Shown piece after piece: positions 35,241 to 47,522 of a stretch of DNA of 64,000 nt; positions within the stretch are counted from its first letter, which is position 1; each line of letters begins with the position of its first letter. The DNA is from Balanoglossus misakiensis (Eukaryota > Animalia > Hemichordata). The notes under the pieces are model-generated. The model ran no database searches, had not been told where the DNA came from, and saw only the letters and a program-made list of their open reading frames with translations. The stretch spans positions 4,791,434 through 4,855,433 of the forward strand of contig CM082593.2 of assembly GCA_040954595.2 (NCBI GenBank), written 5' to 3'. The position numbers were made by a program, and so were the translations under genes.

Positions 35241-36963
35241 CTGTTGCCATGGCAAAGAAACAAGAATGCTCATGAGACAAAACGTAACAAGCCCAAACAC
35301 TAACAGCAAATAAAAGGTCAGTGAAGGCACAGCAATTCAACAACAGAGTGTAATTCACACACCAACAAAGGTCACAATACACTTCTATGTGTGAGGCTCA
35401 ATAAATGGATTTAAATTATGTTTTTGTATGTGTGTTTGTGTGTGCATGTGTATGCATGTACATGTATGCGAGTGTGTGCATTTAACTGCATAGCATACTG
35501 ACCACTTGGGCATTACATAAGTCTGACTTAGACATATTGGTATGTCACCAAAGTTTAGCAGTATCGCTGTTAAAAACTGCTTGTAACTCAGACAGGGTGT
35601 TCTTCATATGACGTTTATATATAATAACATGCTTGCAAGAGCAGATTGTTTCAAGTACTCTTTTTGGCCATTCATGAGTTACATGATAGTGGCCAACAAA
35701 TCCAGATCATATACAACACAGTCATACGCATACATCAATGCCTCTTTGCTTAGAAATATCCTTTGTTTTATACAACTGATCAAAATGGAACGCTTGTGAA
35801 GATGACCTCAATGATAAGCAGCGAATGGATAGCTGTGATCTGCTTTTATTTGCACGTTTGTTTTTTTTATTGCACATAGCGAACAATTATACACCTGCAG
35901 CTGATGGAATTTCAGTGGCAGCCATTGATTGCATTATTGCTCAGGCACGCACAGTCGCATTGGTGAGTTTTTGTCAGATCAGCACGAGATGTGTTCACCA
36001 GCAATGAAAACATATGCACAGTATTGCGGATTTGATGAAGTACTGTCCATTCCGAGCACTAAGCACTAATTGGTTACATTTTTTTCAGGCAAAGCCGGTG
36101 TCGCAAGTGAGAATATGAGAAAGTGTTTAGCCCAAAGAAGAACAAGTCTTTTATCCCCCCCCCCCCCACGAAGCCAGATGACTCCATGATCAGACGACCA
36201 TGTCAAAATGAAGTAGTGAGGTGGAAATTTGCGTAAAAAATATTAGATGAAAACATACATGTACCATACATGGTTATTGTTAGTTATATATGAACATTAT
36301 CAACTACTTTCAACAACTGTTCAGAGAAGTCTTCATATTGTTGGCGTACTGTACTGTCTACAGCATGCGTGTAGCGGGTACAGAGATTTTAGAGTGATTG
36401 AGAGAAAATATCAACCAGTGCACAGAAAGTGTGTCTAAGAAAGATGGCAGGCATGTGTTCTAATAGTCATAAATTCATTGATCATGATCACCAGGAAGAT
36501 GAATCTGATCTATTGTTAATGAAAATCCCAAAACAGAAACAATCAGCACTTAAGAAAACATGGTATTGATTATGATTACAACAATAAATGATGATTTGTT
36601 TTGTCAGCCTTAGTTAAGAACACTATATTTGGCCATAGTGCACTAAATATAATTACGTAATTAAAAATATATCTCCGCGACATTCTGTTCTCCGGTTCAG
36701 CAGTGCACCATGCACATATCCTAAATTCCTTTTTAGAAGTACTGTGAAATGTAACCACCACCAAAAGTCATCAAAATCACACAAGAGTTTCACATGCACA
36801 GTGTCAATTTGTGAAATCTGAACACATCAAACACTTCTATTAATAATCGTAGTTTGAAAGCAATTTCATGCATTAAGACCTGCCAACAATATGAAGACTT
36901 GTCCACATTAGCTGTTGATACTAATGCACTAGATAACTATGCTCTATTGCAATTGTCAGTTAC

Positions 36964-36999
36964 CTCATCGTCACTACTGGTTTCATCTTCTTTTTTGAC
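36964..36999 (-). CDS. ANK: Small exon (VKKEDETSSDDE)
   Basis: 36 nt; pyrimidine tract, AAG acceptor, GAG|GTAAC donor; resembles the post-UPA acidic stretch of vertebrate ankyrins. Confidence 0.65.
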
Positions 37000-37803
37000 C
37001 TTTTCCGTCAAATGATAGGTAGTAAGGAGAGAAAAATCAGTGGGGCTGTTAGGTCGACCGACCAAACAGTAGTACTACGTCACAGCACAGCAGAGCAGAG
37101 CACAGCACAGCAGAAGAAGCACACACCAACAGTCAAGAAATAAAAAGTTCCCAAGATGATAGTTCAAAATAGGAAAAAAGAAAAAGAAAATAAAGAAGCA
37201 TTGCTTGTTTCTTAATTTAAAGAAAAAGGCAAAAAGGACAGTTTAAAGATCAGCTTTTTTTTTCTAAGTGCCTGGCTTATTGCCATGCGAAGCAGCAGGA
37301 GCTCAAGACAAAACTTCACATCAACACAATACTACACAAAAACTGAAATAAACATTACATTTTCTGTTTTATGGAAACAAGATATCATCATTTGATTTTC
37401 ACATGTGAAATCATTAACATGAACACCATGAATCTTTAACAAGAATTATTTTTAAAGATAGGAAACTTAAAACATAACACCAACATGAATGATTGTTAAC
37501 AATTTTCATATGATTGTGACACTGATGATAAAAATATGGATTTTATCAAATATATATTGCAAATATAAACAGTTTAAAACAAATGGAAAATTAGACTAAC
37601 TGTTGTAAGTCTCACACAAAATAACTTTCTCATTTATAAGTAGAGTGTATCTGATTTTGCAGACAGTTACATTCACAGTAGTTCAATCGTTGTTTTTGAT
37701 ATCTTTCAGAAATTGCAGGCTTGGAAAATACAAAATCACAATAATCGAGCAGTTGTAACAAAACGTTTAGTAGCAGCTTTACTGTGAAATACCACTTCCT
37801 TAC

Positions 37804-38055
37804 CTTGACATATTCTGGAATAGTTATGTTTAAATTACACATTGCTTTCTGCGGCGGTAACCCCCTCTGAACTTTGGGTTCCCTCATGAACGACAGCCTT
37901 CCGCATGGCTCCTGTGTCTGGTCCCGTACTCGGACGAAGAATGGCAAGCGGTTTTCGCGGAAGGCGTGAAAGTTGAGGTGGAGTTGTTCCCCGGATTTCT
38001 GCACGGGTATGAGGTTCCCGGCTAGTTCTATGTACTGAGGTTTGTCTTCTAAAAC
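37804..38055 (-). CDS. ANK: UPA exon ([18 protein letters not shown]...[12 protein letters not shown])
   Basis: 252 nt, phase 0-0. Confidence 0.95.
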
Positions 38056-38350
38056 CTGTCAGAATAAAAATCAGTTTGTGGTTTGGTCAAAAAGATGATT
38101 TTAATGAAGGGTCAAACATTGGCTACCAGGAGTGGGCGTAAACTGTGATTGTCACAATTTCACATGATCTACCACTTTGATTTTTTATTATTAGCGAAAC
38201 TCTCCACAATTTCAAGACTGACAAGTTAATAGGAAATGGAAAGTAAAATCAAGAAAATTCATTTGTGTAGTGTTTTTAGCATAAAGGAACAGAAAATAAT
38301 CATTATTTTGAAGAAAAAATTGTGCCAAGTGTGAAATTGTCCACACTTAC

Positions 38351-38579
38351 TTCAACATCTCGACTGCGAGCAATTTCATTAAAATGCTCTTGAACTTCTA
38401 AAGTTTTGTCCATCTTGTCATCTGTCATACAGAATACACGTAGTTGGGCTTCGATGGGATCGTGTGTTTTCGCAAAGACAACAAACTTGGCCATGAAGGG
38501 CACTGCGATGACTTCGTGGTACAGCTCACGGGCAAAGTTGCTGGCTTGGTTAATTTCTCTACAGTCCATCAGCCAAAAC
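38351..38579 (-). CDS. ANK: UPA exon ([13 protein letters not shown]...EIARSRDVE)
   Basis: 229 nt, phase 2-0. Confidence 0.95.
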
Positions 38580-38698
38580 CTGGAAGAGTTCACAAATTAC
38601 AGGTGAATGTGCATTAATGTCACGTGCTATGGAAAATTATTCAAGGCTTAGAATGCAATATCACAACAGCCAGGATTTTCACTTTAGGCATACTCTAC

Positions 38699-38795
38699 CT
38701 TGCTGAAACTGTTGTTGTGAATGAAACACAGTCGTTGACAAATGTTAGTGGTGTGGTTCCAGTGATGTCTTCCCATTGTGCTGGTGCTGTACCAC
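38699..38795 (-). CDS. ANK: ZU5-B exon ([32 protein letters not shown])
   Basis: 97 nt, phase 1-2. Confidence 0.95.
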
Positions 38796-39191
38796 CTGGA
38801 AACAAAAAAATCAACAGTTTAATGCAAAAGTTCCCAGATGAGATTTACTTACACAGCAACAGTGCTACGGAAGATAGCTTAAAATGAGATGAATATTTTT
38901 TGATCAGACATGAAACATCCCGACAGTTGATCCACCTTAGTTTCTACATACAAGTATGAAAGTGTATTGTAAAATGAGTTTATAAATTGTCCAATCCACA
39001 CGAAATTCTCTGTTTTCCAAAATCATTTGAGATGAAAAAATACTGCAATAGTGCAGTCACAAAACTGTCACATTCAATGTCATGTTCGCCAAATTAATTT
39101 GCAGGACTTTCCAGTGATGTAATTCATCCCGGACAGTCAAGGATGTTTCACGAGCTCTACACATCATGCCCACACACTCCACACTGCCTAC

Positions 39192-39396
39192 CTGTGATAC
39201 TGCACAGCAGTCTGAGTGTGGGCGTGTCACCACCATAGCCGTTCATCACCCCCTGTGTGTTGGCTGATGGCACTGGAATGGTGACTGTGATCGCCTTGTG
39301 GAACTTCCGTCGCCTGGGCTCTATGGTTACGATGGGAGACACCATGACTCTGTTACCCAGGATTCTCTTCACCAGGTCATGTGGTACCGGCTGTGC
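39192..39396 (-). CDS. ANK: ZU5-B exon ([34 protein letters not shown]...LRLLCSIT-G)
   Basis: 205 nt, phase 0-1. Confidence 0.95.
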
Positions 39397-39495
39397 CTGT
39401 TGGAGTCCGAACAAATAATTGACATGAGTACACTTAGTCTAGCAGATGGTGTATTTCTCAAATCTCACATTTGATCAATAAGCTAAAACTCTTAC

Positions 39496-39707
39496 CTGAA
39501 GGCCTACTTTAATTTTCTTGGTCAGAGTGCCTTCTGGGAATACAGCCTGCACTTGTGGTACTACTGTGGAACTGAGCATGCCCCCTGATGGTCCAATTGT
39601 GTTTGTCTCTTGTCGTACGCGGGAAATGATTGCAAGGTATTGTGGGAAATCCCTTGTTAAAATTCTACAGACACGTTTTTCTGCTAAGTCGTCGCATGAT
39701 TCAATTT
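39496..39707 (-). CDS. ANK: ZU5-A/ZU5-B exon ([29 protein letters not shown]...[15 protein letters not shown])
   Basis: 212 nt, phase 1-0. Confidence 0.95.
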
Positions 39708-40013
39708 CTGCAGAGAAAATACATACAAATATTTCTTGTTATCATTCATCATCCAGCATGTCAGGATGAAGTTTCTGAAATCATGGCATATTTAGATTTT
39801 AGATTTCACTGACTTCCAACACATGAAATTCTCTTTTATTTTCAATATTTTTACAACCATTAAAATGGCTGCAGTTCTTCTGAAGCTGCAGCCATTTTGA
39901 AATAAAATACAATACAGGCCTTCCTGAAAGCAGAACGTGAAAGAACAATACATAATATAAAAAAGAACGAAATATCAACACTTCCAGATCTGTTGTACAG
40001 GACATAGTCTTAC

Positions 40014-40174
40014 CGTCTGAATCAGAGGTCCCATTCAGAGCTTCGTGCACCAAATCGTCTGTTGTTTCAATGGCGTGCTCTTTCCACGTCTCGCCGGTGT
40101 CGCTTCGTAGAACCACAATTTCTCGCTCTTTCTCGCGCAGCGAGGCAAAGTGTGGAATTTCAATGATGACAGGA
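40014..40174 (-). CDS. ANK: ZU5-A exon ([33 protein letters not shown]...SDSD)
   Basis: 161 nt, phase 2-1. Confidence 0.95.
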
Positions 40175-41398
40175 CTGTAGGGGAGAAGACCAGGCCAGAT
40201 GTTAAAGCAAGAAATAGACAAAATTATGGTGCGGTGAGGCATGACGCCGATTAACAAAATCTTGGAAATGGAAAAGTCAATGTTTTGGATTCAACTACAT
40301 GTACAAGATAGCAAAACTTCATGTATCTTTTTCAACTGACTGGACTAGAAACCACAAGTCGCCAAGGGACCAGGATTCAAAGGGTTATGCACAGTACCAA
40401 CAAGTTTTTGTAACTGATGATAAAATAGTGACATTGTATTTATATGCTTACATGAAAAAGTATTTCCAAAAAAAGGACAACTATGCTTATACGTTTGGTC
40501 ACCATTTTTGCAGAAGCCGGAATAGGAAGTATTATTTTCATTAAAGATCAAAGCCCATAAAGTATATTAAAGTAACCAAGTGATATGTTTTTGGTCAGTG
40601 TTTACCCTCACATGCATCTATTTTCTACTAAATGTACAAAATGGACCAAACATTTGGTAAACTTCTGCAATGCAGGTGCCAACCAGACCGTACATGTACA
40701 AATAAGAATTTATATTCAATAATACATATTTATTTTTAAAAAGGCAAATTTATAAATACCAAAAATTGTTATAAGCAGTGCAGGTATTTCAAAACATGCA
40801 GTAAGCTTTTGCCAGAAATGCATACAGCATGGAATCATACATCATCAAAATCAAACACCATTAAAAACCCTTTCAGTCAACATCTTCGGAGGGAAAAAAA
40901 CGGAATAAATGACCACAGGCTTTCATATGACTGACTGCTCTGTTCCATTTTACTGGAACAAGGCAGTGAAAGGTATGTTTCTCATGCCAAGCAAAGTAAA
41001 GTTAGTGCACTTAGCCGATAATTATTGTGTGGACAAAATGAACTTCACGAATACAAGAACTATACTGAGAACAAGTTCAGCGCATGACAACCAACAGAAC
41101 GTAGGCATCCGAAAATAAGCAATCTGCACCCACTTTGCAGCCTTTCTTCACCCCCATCTCAAGCACAACGTGGAATGGCCCAGGCATATATAGACACTGC
41201 TGGGCCATACCAAAGAATGAGGCAGACAGGGGTGGAAAGGTTCAAAGGGAGGGGCAGAGGGCGAAAAAAATACCACGCAAAATAAAACTGACTCGGGATG
41301 GGGAGGAGTGAACACCTTGGTATGGGCCAGCACAACATAGCAACGACCTTTGAACTTGCAGGACAAGTCGTTTCACGGAGCAATGTACGCTTACATAC

Positions 41399-41500
41399 CC
41401 CAAGAATTTTTCTTGAGCCGGACCTATCTCTACAATCCTGCTGACCAGGGCCTCTCCTTCATTTAGAGGAGGGTAATAATAGATCTTGTTGCCTAACCCC
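41399..41500 (-). CDS. ANK: Alternative half-ZU5 duplicate exon (GLGNKIYYYPPLNEGEALVSRIVEIGPAQEKFL-G)
   Basis: 102 nt, CTGAC branch-like motif then cccgcag acceptor, GG|GTATGT donor, phase 2-2; paralogous to the 3' half of exon 43151-43375; absent from the ORF track. Confidence 0.8.
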
Positions 41501-42648
41501 CTGCGGGTGTCGGGCGGTCAGTGGATGATAGACAGAACCATGTATGAGTTATTCGGAAATGTTAGCCCAGCTTTTTGTCCTGTTCTCAATCTTTGCTATA
41601 TGCCCATAGGTGGGTGAGGGGTGCCATGATTAGGGGGGAGGGGTGGGGGTGTAAGTACGCAACTACTGTCTGTTTTTGTCGAGGGGCTAAGTAGTTGGTG
41701 ATCTGAAATCAAGGAGGGTGAATATTCCATGGCATGCGGAGAAGTAGTTTTATAATAAAGTTTGTTGATCTTGGCTTGTTATTTGGGTGTTTGTTGATTA
41801 GGGCTAATCGATGGGCGTGTAGATTACAGGGATTGCAATTTGCGATTGTTCAACTGAGCTGGTACATCGTTTCGAAGTGTTGAAATGGATTGATAATTTA
41901 GCAGAGAAAACAAGTTTCATGTTTCCTTGGTAACGATCACTCCTCAGAATCAAATCTTGTTTTGCTTTGACGAGAGCTGGTTGTCCCAGCCTTCATTCGC
42001 TGCCAAACTTTTCATTCAGTACACAAATTAAGTTACAACTGTAATCCAATGAACACGTAAACTGATGTATAAAAGACCAAGGTATTGATTTCTATGTGCT
42101 ATGAGTTGGTTATGTTTCAAATCATAATAATTTTCTATCAACTACGGTAAACTTACAAATGACACCACTACCATGCATAGTTAAATCTAGTTTTAGTCTA
42201 CTCTAAGCACTGATCACAGGCAAGAGGTCAAGGCAGGTCAAGGCCAGATTGAGAACAGGATATAAGCAAGAAGCAAGATGTCAATGTTGAAAATGCCATA
42301 GAGAAGATACACCAAACATCACAAACAGCACTGAGAGATGTTACAAAGATAATATTAAAATACATGACCATTTATCTTCAAACAGTTTTTACTGATAAAA
42401 TTTTAATAGAGTTAACCATAAGTGTATGTTAGTATACACAACATATTGATTCTATTTGATTATGAATACCTGTTAGAAGTGCTGGTTAAGAATGTGTGCA
42501 TAGAAATATTTATTGTGCTGTACATAAACATGAACATAAATGTGTATAGAGAAAGGCAGTTACTTGGGTATGAGACTACATGTATAATAGGGATGCCAGT
42601 GTATGTATGCTGGTACTAGGTATGTACCTGGGAACACATACATGTAAA

Positions 42649-42705
42649 TAGGTAGGTAGGTAGGTAGGTAGGTAGGTAAGGATGAAGGGAGGGAGGGAGG
42701 GAGGG
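42649..42705. repeat. Compound microsatellite (TAGG)n followed by (GGGA)n
   Basis: Directly visible. Confidence 0.85.
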
Positions 42706-43150
42706 TTTGACATGCAGTATCCATGCAATTCTCAGAGACAGGATAGGTTGAAATATATTTTCTCTGTTGTTTTATTTTTACTGCTGGGAGAATAACAATA
42801 CATATGGAAATCACAGGTCTCAATAAAGTCAGTTGACAAACAAAACACACACATGACATTGTAATACAAAATGATTAATATATTCATTTGACTTCAGTAG
42901 AACAGTCAGGGGTGTGTCACATGTAGAAATGTGCATAGTTTCATAATTATACGCTATATATGTGTGTTCGTATTAGAAATAGACAGATCATACTATTCCA
43001 AAAGGGGTGTTAAGGTGTAATACCGCTTGCTGCATTTCTGAAAATGTACACGACCCATCATGTGGATATTATATTTCATACAAGCGACACAAGCCCACCT
43101 TGTCTGCTGATGTGTGTTGGAGAGGGCGTAACGAGAAATTGGCGACCTAC

Positions 43151-43375
43151 CCTAAGAACTGTGCACCGGAGGGTCCAACCTCGAGGACGCGGCTGGCCAG
43201 AGCTTCGCCCTCCATCAGCGGCGGTGGGTTGATGAGTTTCTGCCGCTTGATGAGTCGGCAGGTGATGCGAGTGGGCCCGGTTGCCTTCCCTGGCGGCACG
43301 ATGATTCGGAGTCCAGGCAGACGGCAACCGCGCATGGCGCCACCACGGGCGTCCACCATGAAACTGATCAGGAAG
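43151..43375 (-). CDS. ANK: ZU5-A exon ([30 protein letters not shown]...[18 protein letters not shown]), spectrin-binding domain
   Basis: 225 nt, phase 2-2, canonical ZU5 sequence. Confidence 0.96.
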
Positions 43376-43422
43376 CTGCCGCAAAGAGAACAAGGAGCAA
43401 GTCACAAAACTGGAAGTCACCA

Positions 43423-43572
43423 AAATGGGACGAAAGAAACAATCATTTATGATGAATTATTTACACTGGTGCAATAATGTTGAGTTCGTAGTCATATTAA
43501 ATGGGATGAAAGAAACAATCATTTATGATAAATTATTTACACTGGTGCAATAATGCCAAGTTCGTAGTCATA
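43423..43572. repeat. Intronic direct tandem duplication, two copies of a 76-bp unit
   Basis: aaatgggaygaaagaaacaatcatttatgat...gttcgtagtcata starts at 43423 and 43499 with few mismatches. Confidence 0.9.
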
Positions 43573-43721
43573 ACTGAATTTCAATTGGGACATACACACA
43601 CAACAGATAGCGACTGATCTCATATGCCCCTTATAGCGTACATACATGTATACCCTACCCTACGATACGTGTACATGGTCTTGTCAAGGTCACGAAAGAG
43701 ACCAACATGTACAATACTTAC

Positions 43722-45580
43722 CCTGCGTGAACTGGAATGGATGTGAGAGCTACATTATCTTGTACAAATGGCACAGGCTTGCCATCTGCTCCGTAGACCA
43801 TGCCCGGCACGATCTGTCCGTTCTCGTCAACCACGGAGTCGCCGACGTAAATCACCTTGCCATCGGGCCTCCTCATGGGCTTTCCATCGGGTCCGATCAC
43901 CGGCTCCACGATCGTTCGGGTGGTCACGGTCTCGGAATAGAAAGTGCTGTAGGTGACTGGCTTGCCACTGTAGCCGTACACCATGCCGGGAACGTACTGG
44001 CAGTCGTCGTCCATGTAGGGGTCGCCGGCGTAGATGTACTGTCCGTTGGGCGTCTTCATGGGGAGTCCCTCGCGGTCTTTCACCGACTGCCGCAGGATGG
44101 TCGTTGTCGTTGTGGTTGTGGTGGTCGACGTCGTCCTTCTCGAATAAAACTCACTGTACGGCACCGGGCGCCCATCATAACCATACACAAGACCTGGCTC
44201 CACCTTCCCGTTCTCGTTGACGACCGGATCGCCGGCATACATGATCCTCCCGTCCGGGGTCAGTTGCGGCTCGCCGGTGGAATCGATCACGGGGGTTCTG
44301 GTCACGCCGTGAATGGAATAGTAGACCTCGTATGTCACGGGTTGGCCGTCTTCGCCGTACACCATGCCCTTCACGACAGTGCCGTCTTTCTCGACGACCG
44401 GATCTCCTGCGTACATCGGCCGGCCGTCTGGAGTCTTGGCCGGCTTGCCGTCGGGCCCGATAATAACCTTTCTTGTGATAGTGACGGTGATGTAGTACTC
44501 GGTATATGTGACAGGTCTACCATCACGGCCATACACCATGCCACTGACAATCTTTCCTTCCTCATCAGTGACGGGATCTCCCGGGTGGATGACGCGGCCG
44601 TCTTCTGTCTTCATCGGCTCGCCGTCGTATCCCCTGATGACCGGTCTGGCGATGCTCGTCGCTGTGTAGTACTCGTCAACTGGTACAGGTTTGCCCTCGA
44701 CGCTGTACACCAGTTTCTCGTTGATCACGCCCGCCTCTTCGACCGGGTGCCCTGCGACGATTGGTCTGCCGTCAGCGTGATGGAGAGGCAGACCGTCTGG
44801 TCCTCTGACGATGTGTCTAGTGACGATGACGGTAGTGTAGAAGACAGTGTACTTGACTGGGCGACCGTCGAGTCCGTACACCATTTCCTTGACGACCTTA
44901 CCGTCTTCATTGATTTCGGGATCGCCGGGACGAATGTGTCTGCCATCGGCCGTCTTCAACAGCTCGCCATCCGAACCCTCGATCGGTTCTCGAGTTTCCA
45001 CAGAGCTGGCGAGGTAATCATCGTACGTGATCTTCGCTCCGTCCACACTGTAGACCATTCCCTCCACGACTCGTCCTTCCTCGTCGACGACCGGATCACC
45101 GGCGTACATGGGACGTCCGTCGGGAGTCTGCATGGGCTCGCCGTCGTTGCCGCGGACGAGGATCCGGGTCACTTTGGTCATTGTGATGTACACCGTGTAC
45201 TTCATGGGTTTGCCGTCGGGCCCGTAGACCATGCCCTCGACTTCTTTGCCGTCTTCGTCGATGTACGGGTCGCCGACGTGCATGTCCGAGCCGTCCGGCT
45301 TCTTCATGGGCTCGCCGTCTTGATCGTAGACGAGTCTTCGCAGACTGACGATGATGGTCACCTCGGTGGTTCTCGTCACCATGTCCTTCTCGGCCATGCT
45401 GGGAGGGGCGCTCTCCTGGACGCCCACTCTCTCAGCTTTGATGATTTCCGGTTCCACGCTACTGGTCTTGGAGTACGAGGTGTACGCGGCAGACCGGTAG
45501 TAGTTTGGCATGGATCCCTTCTGGGATGAAGATGGTGACTCAACACCCGCGGTTGGTGGGTAGGCAGCACTGAGACGTGT
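43722..45580 (-). CDS. ANK: Large linker exon carrying nine ~58-aa Asp-Gly repeats and ending in conserved DNVALTSIPVHAG
   Basis: 1859 nt open frame, acceptor ttttcag, donor GG|GTAAG, phase 0-2; joins in frame to the ZU5 exon ([13 protein letters not shown]). Confidence 0.9.
43766..45331 (-). repeat. Nine diverged coding tandem repeats of ~58 aa (~174 bp), consensus approx. VxGxDGEPMKTPDGRxxYAGDPVVDEEGxVVxGMVYGxDGxPVxYxxYY...TR
   Basis: Manual alignment of the 597-aa ORF translation. Confidence 0.9.
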
Positions 45581-45950
45581 CTGAAAAGGAAATGTGGAGA
45601 GAGAAAAATCTATAACAATGACATAAAAAAAATCTTAGTTTCCAATTACTATGATGATTTTTAATGTAGCAATTCACCTTATATGATGCCAAATTTCACA
45701 TACCAAATATTTAAAGTAGATCTTTTTTCTCCAATGGTCACAACACAGTTAACTAGCCAAGACAGGAATCCCACACTAGTATTCTCACATCAATGAAAAT
45801 GCCAGGATATCTAAAGTAATTTTCTCATACATTAATGCCGAAAGGAAGCTTTATACGTAGAAACCTAAGCGTGATTCATGCCATGAATTCCATCGCCGTA
45901 TCTCCTTAAAATGATTTGAGAAGGTGCCCAACTAGCGCTCTGACACATAC

Positions 45951-46069
45951 CTGGTCTCTTAGCCAAATTTCATCAATGGTCATTGAGTGAACAGGCATCG
46001 AGTCGTCGGCCATGTTTTTCATTTCATCGACTGTTAGACTAGGCATATCTCCAGTCATTGTGTCCTCAC
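45951..46069 (-). CDS. ANK: Ankyrin linker exon (GEDTMTGDMPSLTVDEMKNMADDSMPVHSMTIDEIWLRDQ)
   Basis: 119 nt, phase 1-0; resembles the ankyrin-B linker GDDTMTGD...LGDDSLP. Confidence 0.9.
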
Positions 46070-47522
46070 CTGTAAGCGACAAAAATAATTCACAGACATT
46101 TACTAAAAGAATACTGGGAAGATCTTTTCTCAAGCTGAGATCACAATGTATGATGAAAATTTTTCAGATGAGTCTTGAAGCTCCAGGCCAATTTTATGAT
46201 CTGGTGATGATTTCTGATTTAAAGCATGGCCGCAACACCTGAATCCTGATACGCAGGCAGCTGTAATATGGAATCAGTATTTTGAAACTAAATGTCATGA
46301 AGAAACAAATCTGCAAACAGCATAAGTAAAATAACAAAATAAACACAAACATCATCAATGGACATGAGAAAATTAACAAACAGAAACATGAAAATAATGT
46401 ATGAATGTGTCAACTCTATAATATTCCACTGATGGTTTTGAATCTCGATGGTCGGTGAAAATTTTCACCATGTTCAGAGATGCCATACATGTATGATGTA
46501 ACTTTGCTCCATAGCATTGATGGCACCCTCCCACACAGATTTCATTAGTAGCTCAAAGCACACCATAAGCATTGCACAAATACACAAAAACCATGCACTG
46601 GCATTTATGGGGAAGTGGTTACTTTGATGTTCTCTGAAAGTATGATTGTTTTTGGTATGTGGTTAGTGAAACTCAAAGCTGGTTTGGATGAAGCTTATTG
46701 AGATGTTAAAGTTGCCACAAACACTCGAAATACTGTGAAGAAGCAGGGACTTCACAAAAGGGTTACAACCAGGGCCCTCTCCTAACAAAACAGGCACGCT
46801 TAAGAACTTACTTCACTTGTATACATCATAAAACTGAACCATTTTTTACACGATAAATTTGCCACTATGTCACTTAAACGATCCAATCTACACTTCAAAA
46901 TCCTGATACCGGTTACCATACATGTAGTTATTTATGATTTACTTTTTTAAAAATAGCGATTAATTTCAATCTGAATGTTACTATGCAAATCCAGTCAGCT
47001 GTCAGTTTCATTTGCAGTTCATATGGTTATATATGCTTAGTCATTCAAGATTCCAGGACTATACTAATACACATTAACAGTTTGTTGAACAACCCTACTG
47101 GGAAGACATCAGAAAACACAAATTAAGTTTAATTGAGAAACCAAGCAACAAACTTTCCTGTTATACTGTCTGTGATGATTGCAATGTTTTTATTAGTATA
47201 GGGAAGGATACTGATACTTTACATGTTATGCTTGAAGTGCAAGGGAGGGATTCCTTTAACTATTTTGATGAAACCAATTCTGTTATGAGTATTAGTTGTG
47301 TTTAATATGAAATGTACACCATCTGATTGTTTTGTGAATAATTAGGGATTCGATGCACATTTAACAAATTCCACCTTCTAACATTAGCCCTCTTTAGAGG
47401 TCCAACCTTACTATAGAAAACAATGGGTTTGGACTGAACCATGTGGTGAAAGTTAGATAGGGTTAAGGGGCATGCCTAGATTTGCTGGGAGGGGCCCTGT
47501 GCACAGACAGGCATGCACTTAC

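Noticed and set aside
41148-41383. Short minus-strand ORFs or a possible extra exon just downstream of the half-ZU5 exon
   Set aside because: Weak donor, no ZU5 similarity, and the region reads as pyrimidine-rich intron.
43646-45529. 627-aa plus-strand ORF opposite the 58-aa repeat exon
   Set aside because: It is codon-aligned antisense of a GC3-rich exon, and its His/Val/Arg-rich translation simply mirrors the sense codons.
43722-45580. Horizontal transfer origin for the GC/CpG-rich repeat exon
   Set aside because: Ordinary ankyrin exons here (51590-51886, 43151-43375) are similarly GC-rich, so composition alone gives no support. A homology search is needed.
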